Part shown: in pieces, positions 20,301-26,897 of the stretch
Layout of the letters: each line of letters starts with the position of its first letter
Position numbering within the stretch: the first letter of the stretch is position 1
Assembly (NCBI GenBank): GCA_048886185.1
Contig: JBHLKY010000012.1
Coordinates: 127,981 to 159,980, forward strand
Length of the DNA: 32,000 nucleotides
Source: Candidatus Hermodarchaeota archaeon
GTDB lineage: Archaea > Asgardarchaeota > Heimdallarchaeia > Hodarchaeales > Hodarchaeaceae
Direction: 5' to 3'
Position numbers and translations under genes: made by a program
The notes under the pieces: model-generated
The model's input: only the letters and a program-made list of their open reading frames with translations
Databases searched by the model: none
What the model was told of the DNA's origin: nothing

Positions 20301-20941
20301 TCTTGATTTTCAATGGTAGAATTCCCGTAATACATCGATATTGTGGTATTTACATCACTTGATAGAAATGGTAATCGAATCCATGCCACAAGCAATGCAT
20401 GAGATCCATTGTATGTTACATCAAAATGTTCTATCTCATGATCAAGTGTTTTATTTAATGAATCTTTGAAAATAATGTCATCACCATCAACTTGGGTGTG
20501 ATAACGAAGATCATTATCATAAAGTACTATCAGTACAGGAAAATCACTCAGATTGGCCTGAACATTACCTCCATCTATTGTAATATTTTTGCGATACTGA
20601 AAAGAAGGGGCTCCCCAATTTATGTTTTGAATGTCAGCCTTAATAGGGAATGTTAATTGTCTTTCATTTTGATATGAGTTAGAAGGGAAAGATAAGCATG
20701 GGTTTAAATTCTCTGGATAATTTATTCCGTTTTTTTTATTGAATGAGCTTATGTTGAAAGCATTGCCTTTTAGCTGGGGTACTCTTAAGTACTCGTTTTC
20801 AACTTTAACCATCTGATTATGAAGAGGGTTTACCTGAATAAAAAATTGGGAAAAAAGCGTTAATATAATCATAAATAAAAGGAATTTCAACCTTTCTACT
20901 CTTTTTCTGGATTTCATTTCACTATACTCGTATTTAATCAC
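14363..20941 (-). CDS. Giant single-pass surface protein: DUF2341, LamG/ConA-like domain, BNR/Asp-box repeats, about 9 Ig-like repeats, TM helix, cytoplasmic longin-like domain
   Basis: N-terminal hydrophobic segment; YRKNITID...DFPVLI...AWIRLP...MYYGN (DUF2341); VGVWHLD...FDGIDDYI...GVIDELRLY (LamG); TTDNGTIW and STDGGESW (Asp-box); repeats of about 100 aa opening with D-x-x-P-P/x-I and closing with A-x-D-x-x-G/N-N; TM at about 15243-15320; about 290-aa intracellular tail. GTG start. Confidence 0.85.
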   Translation of the reverse strand: MIKYEYSEMKSRKRVERLKFLLFMIILTLFSQFFIQVNPLHNQMVKVENEYLRVPQLKGNAFNISSFNKKNGINYPENLNPCLSFPSNSYQNERQLTFPIKADIQNINWGAPSFQYRKNITIDGGNVQANLSDFPVLIVLYDNDLRYHTQVDGDDIIFKDSLNKTLDHEIEHFDVTYNGSHALLVAWIRLPFLSSDVNTTISMYYGNSTIENQENAIGVWGDNYVGVWHLDTDLMGSSSNSVDGTSQGSFDEVGKIGRARGFDGIDDYISLGVWDPRIGTGNYSISTWVQLNAPFNSNSAESMPIFGHYNHDAYNMAFTFAGQDNFHGNNGALYSKVEGIGGSNFDYVDSTTTSWPGQSWIYIVATANQSENIGKMYVNGLDEGSMSNTGNPTFGTIGNYQIGRLVLDQTYGGDEKFAGVIDELRLYKGIISADWIITEYNNQHDPENFYTVSFEEQRDSSVVLDGSEVIIDTDVYDATDEYNPGPNIVFINNSHGYIFFQKTNGGMAEIIYYKTTDNGTIWEGPINIDCGPPEYRFRSFSCWFDQWTPNNTGTKIHFVANSISDDEMVYNYLDTQDDSSSGEWTVIMPSGGSHNAPDGGGTVTVSTDGLIFGASWMTYGPQFAKFDSSWYDITPPYSFLMDDDDHGQLLPLSGGDILCLYEDASENSLYSFTYNEDLDTWDTSPTFVTTIISETILPEDSYNNNANWGATIDPNTHNIYAILNNDILSATGDLETWVFFDHNRSWSQKTDIVTNCGINGDEAKPIYDISNNDLYAVYIINNTVFVKNSTDGGESWGSGRRVSTTQSAWNVLRTDFISSERLYVIYFDEENNDVYGNIIADLERGPENATVRINVLDLDNKIVPNARVNITNFNNATITWTQNTTNLGYAIFSNLPYNYYNITVEFEDSINKTLAFLKFAAYSTYQINPKYEFTVIVSEFTDNDPPLVHKFYFINTSILFENSPTFFANVSDKSSFEVYINLTVINITDEVLLIHENFTMEEFSYNQFYNATALDSLTHIDVQIFYNILAIDVANNTIVTHIKSLYLGDGFPPIIVEYGVTDYQNGTLQFYANITDNMSLLMDPVILQVNNRFLEMHQNITGFWVCYFEAKYGVLLNYTVYSAIDSLGNENGSKVSLLSPPFCTVIPDDDEAPPIDEEDILDNFDSHFHGHVEIYVSIEDHNDYQSGVNKSNVQLHLDINGDILSYYMIESEEHFYYNLALQCNDVVYYWITASDFANNSNTSIIQGPFIIDDNSIPIVSCWKIDWGNGTVDFYAEILDWPLNDTTAYLLYSQNYFGTWTNLSMNRLSDIIFFTRIDSLEYNLQSLWYYVSAVDTTGNWYNLGNDQASNFTLSDTVSPIIIYSIENSTENDGEITVFVYAIDPYGDNYYVNNTFYVNFTHLENHILLEMDYDVFYRYKTSYTFPFGDQVLIKVWVEDNAGNLGVISKSITISDNAPPHITRTESIVYQNGTVVIWAEVEESPYGSGLFDDNSSVLLDYTYVSDYSGLVMHWNGTGNIYIYYIHGFVPDRAFWYFITAFDNSGNNISTSPQKITIYDKTDPICYEFGFLNTTWNQYECLLTFWANATDPFGVIDSVNLTINFLNRFGSWIEKKEMRYNGSHYVESIIVDSNQTFNYYIKIYDTALNNITIGEINQRTSNFQPAKVVNHGTTASTSYIGELLLWCKLYDLFNTHSITLSVKDDTYDEWILNETEMILNGSHYTYQIQIEYLHKFSYIIHVIDEGVLKGHYEAGLYTNSGQMFDWWEPIIHSAGIDSINKTTINIWANISDWGSGVSEVYLNYEITSLEETGGYGSESLMKRVPMTFNQTHYTIMLSFHNTVTFKWFIEVYDSVNQSNGSIRREFTFFFPPPPIFDSILEAVILTILCTMCIVIVVYTVSITYQERKKQKISEISEYQKRLESLLNTYMILVTTAVGIPIYNTNNIMYQSRSAIQDVLGGLSVGIDSFLESFQSDIVNLFIEHDSELLENQIEESIRTSIIEKNKVQILIVSSPSFKIFLFLKETPPEYIKSSFISIMRNIEEKITLHELGVVNEVLVGSMTEKVVKQHFPVTLLSPFYIDCRRIKYIEERFKRGISISSISRASLNALKRLAIVKANLDASITDPKAQINLFDKSLALLRDTPSITLSEALDMFTKVLKIDMKVVYKALWIGSRPEVNVVVPNNTNPQEEIPVI

Positions 20942-21219
20942 TTATGTATCTAAATATAAGACCAGAGTCCCCTGTAATGCCTTTTTGTCTTATAAATGAA
21001 TTCTAAAGGGAGAAAATTCGATGGGAGCAGCGCTCATGGACGAAATTTGATTACATAATATGTTAAGCAGCATGTATATTCAAGAATCCAGATTATTAAA
21101 ATTAACTAATCAAAATATTTGATCAGGCGATATTCTAAGATCTTACTGTAAAGTCAATTACTTCTATTCCTGTCAAAAAAATAGCTTAGGTATATGATAA
21201 TAGAGAAGTATTCCTCTTT

Positions 21220-21790
21220 CTATAGGTATAATTTGTCAATTATCCTTTCTGCAAGAGCTAAAAAGCCTGATCCACATTTCTTCCAGTTTTGGCTGAGGTT
21301 GTATAACAATCAATTTATGCTTCTATATTTGAAAATTTATTGACTAAATATAAGTCAATATAATCCCTCACTTTATTGAAAGTTATCTTGATTTCATCTT
21401 TTAAATCTATTTTATTCCCTAGAACAATTATTAAGGAACTAGGTAATTCAATATTTTTTGAAAACTCTTTAAGCCACCTTTCCATGTTTTCTAGAGATTT
21501 AGTCCTTGTAAGATCAAAAACTATGAATGCACCAGCCGATCCTTTATAATATACCCTTCTAATTTGGCTGAATGCTTGTTGGCCAACTAAATCTTATATT
21601 TTAAAACGAATATCTTTAAAGCTATATTTAGTTTTAAAAAAAATTTGTTTTGATAGAAAATCGGAACCTAGCGTGGGAGTATATTCCGATGAAAAGCCTT
21701 TTCCAAGATATCCATTTATTAAAGATGTTTTACCTACCTCTCCATCTCCAAGAAAGCATATCTTAGTAATTCAAGGCAATTTTTACTCTG
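21220..21790 (-). pseudogene. Rab-like small GTPase pseudogene (copy 2)
   Basis: Missing from the ORF track. Reads ITKICFLGDGEVGKTSLING...YTPTLGSDF...KDIRFKI*DLVGQ...VLGNKIDLK...NIEA*IDCYTTSAKTGRNVDQAF, then a 1-nt deletion in a T-run before LALAERIIDKLYL*. Two in-frame TAA stops and a further frameshift near the 5' end. Confidence 0.92.
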
Positions 21791-21958
21791 GTAGACTTAT
21801 ATGATGATGATACTTAAAAACCTAAGGCAATTCATAAATCTATTTCTCCCAATTTATAACATTGGAAGACTATTTTATTTTATTAGTGTGTGTAACAACA
21901 CTTCATTGTTCGTTGATCAACTCAAATTATCTTTTATTTAATCTTCTTTTAACAATAT

Positions 21959-22531
21959 TTGGTGGTTAAAATTTATATTCCTTATCCTGATCCAACTATT
22001 GGAATTATTGATTTTTTGGTTCTAATTTTCTGTGAGGTAGGACTTCTTTGGTTCTTTTCACCCACACGCACCATTAGACAGACTTTCCCAATGATTCTAG
22101 CAATTAATCTTATTAAATTTGGTTGCTATAGTTTGCTAGCTCCGATATTTACTCCTGCTTACAATTATTTCTATTTTATTCCATTAAATGAAATAGCTAC
22201 ATTTATAGTTATTGGAACAATCTTTTCCACAATAGTATATGAACGAGAACAGATTGATTTCCCGCGAAATCAGGCATCCTCTCTTGCTTTCCGAGTTTCG
22301 AGTCTCTCAACCTTAATTTGGTGTACTTTTCGAAATCTAAATAAGCCAAATTATAGTGTGTTAGAGGGAACAACAATAAAAGGGCTTGTACCTGAACCAA
22401 TGATACCTTTATTCCAATCAGTTTCATCATCGAATGAAATCTTGATGGTGGTAGGACTTATTATTGGATTATTAATGATCTATATTCATTATAATAAGAA
22501 ATACATAAGGGATCACACCCTTACATCTTGA
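21959..22531 (+). CDS. Hypothetical polytopic membrane protein (about 5 TM)
   Basis: 190-aa ORF with repeated hydrophobic segments filling the gap between GTPase copies 2 and 3; TTG start uncertain. Confidence 0.6.
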   Translation: MVVKIYIPYPDPTIGIIDFLVLIFCEVGLLWFFSPTRTIRQTFPMILAINLIKFGCYSLLAPIFTPAYNYFYFIPLNEIATFIVIGTIFSTIVYEREQIDFPRNQASSLAFRVSSLSTLIWCTFRNLNKPNYSVLEGTTIKGLVPEPMIPLFQSVSSSNEILMVVGLIIGLLMIYIHYNKKYIRDHTLTS

Positions 22532-22586
22532 TACTTATTGTTTCCCTGCTATCTGAACTACTCTTACCCTTTATCGATATTTTCTT

Positions 22587-23141
22587 CTAACAATAATGTT
22601 TAGTAATGATCTTATACCCTAATATTGAAAAAGCTTGGTCTACATTCTCTCCTGATTTCGCAGAGGTTTCAAAATAATCAATGGTATCATGTATATTTGA
22701 AAACTTTTTGGATAGCCGATTTTCAATATAATTCTTTGCGGTGTCAATAGGAACCTTAATTTCTTTTGTTAAATCCCTTTTATTCCCTAGAACAATTATA
22801 GCAGAGTTTTGTTCAGTATTTTTTGAATACTCCTGTAACCACCATTCCAAGTTTTCTAAAGAATCTGGACTAGTTAAGTCAAATACCAAAAAAGCTCCAA
22901 TTGACCCTTTATAATACAGTTTTCGGATTTGATCGAAAGTTGGTTGCCCTGCTAGATCCCATATTTGAAAACGAAGATTTTTGGGGCCATCTGAAGTTTC
23001 TAAAGATACTTGTTTAAAAAGAAAATTAGCACCAATTGTAGGAATGTATTCTAAAGTAAAATCCTCTCCTACATATCGACTCATTAGAGATGTTTTTCCT
23101 ACTTTTCCATCTCCAAGCAAGCAAATTTTCGTAAAAATCAA
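22587..23141 (-). CDS. Rab-like small GTPase (copy 3)
   Basis: GDGKVGKTS, YIPTIGANF, WDLAGQ, YYKGS, GNKRD, ETSAKSG. TTG start; an ATG at 23161 is one base out of frame. Confidence 0.9.
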   Translation of the reverse strand: MIFTKICLLGDGKVGKTSLMSRYVGEDFTLEYIPTIGANFLFKQVSLETSDGPKNLRFQIWDLAGQPTFDQIRKLYYKGSIGAFLVFDLTSPDSLENLEWWLQEYSKNTEQNSAIIVLGNKRDLTKEIKVPIDTAKNYIENRLSKKFSNIHDTIDYFETSAKSGENVDQAFSILGYKIITKHYC

Positions 23142-23321
23142 TTTTTAGTCTTTTTAACCATTATTGATATCAAGCTTAAAAATATGGAGAAACTTACAAT
23201 TCTTCGATTCTTTGAACTATTAAGAAAGATAATTAAAATTAATTATATTTGAATCTTTTTTACGTCAAGAATTTATTCAACAATTCTTACTTGGTGATCT
23301 GTTCTTAAACCGATGCTTCAT

Positions 23322-24566
23322 TTAGAGTAAAGATAAAACAATCCAGCAAGTACTATACAAAATAAGAGCTAAGATTAGCAGAATCAAAACAGTTAATCCA
23401 TATTTTGAGAAAAATCCTGGATTATATGGTTCAGGTGGTTGGAAATGTCTTAAGGGCTTACTCTCATCAAATATCATTTTGATATTACGTTTTTTCATTT
23501 CTTCAAAGAATAGTTCAGGAACGTTTTTTGGTAAAGCTTCAGGAGGTAAAATACCTATTCCATTTATTTTTCCCTCAGCATAAAGTTGAGCGGCTATTGC
23601 CGCAGGAAAGCCTGTAAGTTCACCCATAGCGATACTGGGTGTACAGTACACCCAATGGACTGGCTTCTCTTTGTAAGTACCATGAATATCCACACGTGCT
23701 GAAGATGCAGCAACCCCTCCCGTCGCAAATAACCTTTCTGTTGCATGAATGACTCTTCCCCAAAATTTTTGGCGAGATCTACCCTGAATCAGGTGGAGGT
23801 GCTTAAATGACTCCAAAACTTTGTTATTCCAATCTGGAGTTAATCCCCCTTTCAGTGTGCACTCTGTCACATTAGGTAAAAATCTGGGGATTGTTATGGG
23901 TTCTGGATGACCGCAATCAAAAACACTGACCGTTTTAAGAGGGGCGGGAAAGTCAATTTTAAAGTTACCCTTTCCAGCAGGAGCATCAATAAATTTCCCT
24001 TTCTGATAAGATGGAAAACTACCTGTAACAGCATAATAAACGTGAAGTATGACTGCGAAGCCCTCAGAATCAGCAGCTCCTCCTGCCCATGATATGTTTA
24101 ACTGTACAGGACCACGATCTAATTTATGATATGCTTGGAGAGCTAATAGGTTAGTTAAACCTGGAGTCCAGCCATATCCAAGAAAGATTGGAATTTTAGC
24201 CTCCTTAGCAGCAGTATCCATTTCAAGAACTTCCTGAGTAGGATCTGGATCATCACAAATGTCTATCAATGGAATCTTGGCCTCAATCGCTGCTCGTGCA
24301 ATTAAAGGCCCAAAATGATAAAAGGGGCCAATTGCTGAACACGCACAATCATAATCTTTTAATAGACTTACTAATTCCCCATGATTATTGGCATCTACTC
24401 TCAGGTAGCCTAAGCGAGGATCTCCCAATTCATTAATCAGTTTTCTTGCATGATCTTCACGGATATCAGCAATAGTTATTTTAGTCCATATTGTACCAAA
24501 ATTAACGGCATCTTTAACTATGTAACTGCCCATATCCCCAGCTCCTCCAAGAATAACTAGTTTCAT
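23322..24566 (-). CDS. Saccharopine-dehydrogenase-like NAD(P)-dependent oxidoreductase with a C-terminal TM anchor
   Basis: Rossmann motif ILGGAGDMG, CSAIGPFY, IDICDD, GYGWTPGLTN, HPEPIT; C-terminal LTVLILLILALILYSTCWIVLSLL. GGTGA upstream. Substrate not determinable from sequence. Confidence 0.85.
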   Translation of the reverse strand: MKLVILGGAGDMGSYIVKDAVNFGTIWTKITIADIREDHARKLINELGDPRLGYLRVDANNHGELVSLLKDYDCACSAIGPFYHFGPLIARAAIEAKIPLIDICDDPDPTQEVLEMDTAAKEAKIPIFLGYGWTPGLTNLLALQAYHKLDRGPVQLNISWAGGAADSEGFAVILHVYYAVTGSFPSYQKGKFIDAPAGKGNFKIDFPAPLKTVSVFDCGHPEPITIPRFLPNVTECTLKGGLTPDWNNKVLESFKHLHLIQGRSRQKFWGRVIHATERLFATGGVAASSARVDIHGTYKEKPVHWVYCTPSIAMGELTGFPAAIAAQLYAEGKINGIGILPPEALPKNVPELFFEEMKKRNIKMIFDESKPLRHFQPPEPYNPGFFSKYGLTVLILLILALILYSTCWIVLSLL

Positions 24567-24644
24567 TCAGATCACCCTAATAATTTGAATTAAAATACTC
24601 AAACAAATGAGAAAGTTAAATATTTTACATTCAAAACAATGATT

Positions 24645-25391
24645 CTAGAGGATAAGAGAGGGAATCAAGTAACTCACTAGTTTTTTCTCGGCCTTCCGAA
24701 GGTGTTCTTCATATGTTCGGCGGTGAATATTCATTTCTTGCGCCAATCCTTCCAAAACAATTTTTCGTGGCAACTCATAGTAACCCCTATTATAAGCTAT
24801 CTTAAGTGCTTCAAGTTGTTTAGAAGTAAGATCGTTCTTCAAGTCATCTAAGGGAAGATAGAAAGGATAAGGAGTGGCAGCATTCTTTAGAGGAGCAAGC
24901 TTTAGTACATTCACAAGAGCATTAGGATCTTCTTTTCGAATATCCTCGAGAATTAACCCTGCATCTTTTGGTGTAACAATAAGATTGACAAGTTCACGTC
25001 CAGCGACGTATTTAACAGGAGGAAGTTCAAGACAGTTATATCTATTAAGAATTTTAACTAAAGGAAACTCAGCACATTTACAAAGTTTGATAATGAGTTG
25101 AGCATGACCTTGATCTGGAAAGATATTAAGAATGGTTCCCAATTCCTCTTCTAGATCAATGATGGCTCTTTTAAGAGCTTGATTTTCTCCTGTCAATTCA
25201 ATAATATCGTTCTGAGTATTACACCATAACTGGATTTGTACATTAGGGTGATTTCGGGAGAAATCAGAGAAAGAACAACTGTGTTGAAGTTCAATTAGGA
25301 AATTGTATAGTATTTGCTTCACCTTGTAAAAAGTGTAGTTGTATTTCTTATATAAATTTTCTCCATATGACACAATACAGTACAAAATCAA
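24645..25391 (-). CDS. Bacterio-opsin-activator-type (HTH_10) transcriptional regulator
   Basis: C-terminal LTSKQLEALKIAYNRGYYELPRKIVLEGLAQEMNIHRRTYEEHLRKAEKKL. The true start may be the in-frame GTG at 25322. Confidence 0.88.
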   Translation of the reverse strand: MILYCIVSYGENLYKKYNYTFYKVKQILYNFLIELQHSCSFSDFSRNHPNVQIQLWCNTQNDIIELTGENQALKRAIIDLEEELGTILNIFPDQGHAQLIIKLCKCAEFPLVKILNRYNCLELPPVKYVAGRELVNLIVTPKDAGLILEDIRKEDPNALVNVLKLAPLKNAATPYPFYLPLDDLKNDLTSKQLEALKIAYNRGYYELPRKIVLEGLAQEMNIHRRTYEEHLRKAEKKLVSYLIPSLIL

Positions 25392-25443
25392 CCGTCAAAT
25401 GGTGGGTATTAATTTTAGAGTCTCTTGACATATCGTATCTAAC

Positions 25444-26442
25444 ATGATGCAAACTCAAAAAAATGTTCAATCCAATATTCAATCGTCATCAAATGTCTTC
25501 AATCTAAGATTATTGTCTTCTCAACGCAGTGCACATTTTTTTCTACTTTTTTCTAATTTCATTTGGGGAATCACCCCAATTTTTGTTGAAGTTGTATTGG
25601 AATATCTCACTCCTCTTCAAACAACAACTCTACGATTTGGAGTAGCAGTGTTAGTGCTATCATTAGTCATACTTTTCATAAAAGGGCGAAATGGATTCTC
25701 AATGCTATCAGAAAAAACAATAATATTATTAGGCTGGTTTGATGCTTTAGGATATCTGGCAGCAACGATAGGTCAGGATATAACAACACCAGGAATTGCT
25801 ACTTTACTTGCATCATTTTATGTATTTATTGTCCCTTTCATTGCTTGGAAGCTGGAAGGTACAAAGTTAAATTGGAGAATTGTGGTAATTGGAGTCATTA
25901 GTTTATTGGGAATCTTTTTAATTTGCTTTGATGGTAATTGGGCGAATTTTACGGGTTCATCAATTCATGGAACATTTATTCTAATGTTTTCAGCTGTTAT
26001 GTGGGGATTCTACACGGTTATAACTGGAAAATTTTTGAACATTGCTTCTACCGAGGGTAAAAAAGTCGATCTTATGAGTTTCACGTATGCTAGTCTCTTC
26101 CACACCTTTTTAGCCCTTGTAACAGTTTCTTTAGTCTTTGGTGATATCTCTTTGACATCTCTAGAAGGAATATTTTTGCCTAAACTTCTTGAAGTAATCC
26201 TTTTCTTGGTTTTTCTGGGCATTTTTCCCACGATCATTGCTTTGGGTCTGTGGAATTGGGCAATTACTAGATTAGGATCGATAAAAACATCATTTTACCA
26301 ATTACTCCAAGTAATTATCCCATTCATTTTGGAATTTGCCTTTTTACAGCAGTTCTACTCTGGATGGATATACACTGGAATTCTCTTAATATTAATATCT
26401 ACTCTTTGGATCAACAAAAATGCTGATCATTCAATTGAATAG
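25444..26442 (+). CDS. DMT/EamA-family transporter
   Basis: About 10 TM in two repeats; IWGITPI, LRFGVA, MWGFYTV, LWNWAITRLGS. Confidence 0.9.
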   Translation: MMQTQKNVQSNIQSSSNVFNLRLLSSQRSAHFFLLFSNFIWGITPIFVEVVLEYLTPLQTTTLRFGVAVLVLSLVILFIKGRNGFSMLSEKTIILLGWFDALGYLAATIGQDITTPGIATLLASFYVFIVPFIAWKLEGTKLNWRIVVIGVISLLGIFLICFDGNWANFTGSSIHGTFILMFSAVMWGFYTVITGKFLNIASTEGKKVDLMSFTYASLFHTFLALVTVSLVFGDISLTSLEGIFLPKLLEVILFLVFLGIFPTIIALGLWNWAITRLGSIKTSFYQLLQVIIPFILEFAFLQQFYSGWIYTGILLILISTLWINKNADHSIE

Positions 26443-26600
26443 AGACATGAATTCTCATCCCCTAGCTTGTTTTTGATAAAAACAGACTCAAAGAATGATA
26501 AATGCATATGCTAGATTAGGTTCATTTATAATAAAAGATCATTCTGAACAGTCTCACTTATTAAAGAAGATTTTAGTACTACTATTTCTTTCCTTTAATT

Positions 26601-26867
26601 ATGAATGTTAAAGAGTTTCAGAGTAAAAAAAGATCTGTTGATCTCCCAATAGACTTACTTGCTAGAATTGAAACTCGTGTAAGTAATTCGAAGGAATTCA
26701 ACAGCATAAATGAATATGTTGAGTATGTTCTATCTGGAGTTCTTGATATTATCGAAGAGCAATTCCCTTATAACTCAAAAAGAGTTCAAGCTCGTTCATC
26801 ATCATCTTTGAATGTTGATGAAAAGGAGCAAATTAAAAAACGCCTTGAAAATCTTGGTTACATGTAA
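26601..26867 (+). CDS. Small ribbon-helix-helix (CopG-like) protein with a C-terminal RLxxLGY motif
   Basis: SVDLPIDLLARIE...FNSINEYVEYVL fits an RHH; ends EQIKKRLENLGYM. Confidence 0.7.
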   Translation: MNVKEFQSKKRSVDLPIDLLARIETRVSNSKEFNSINEYVEYVLSGVLDIIEEQFPYNSKRVQARSSSSLNVDEKEQIKKRLENLGYM

Positions 26868-26897
26868 TAAGGATAAATAAATCGAAATGGGTTTTTT

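Noticed and set aside
21014-21048. Imperfect GC-richer inverted repeat upstream of the giant gene as an ncRNA or riboswitch
   Set aside because: Pairing is too weak and no known motif is recognisable.
21220-21790. Stop-codon recoding (Sec, Pyl or alternative code) as an explanation for the interrupted GTPase
   Set aside because: The internal stops are TAA, which ends normal genes in this window, and frameshifts are also present.
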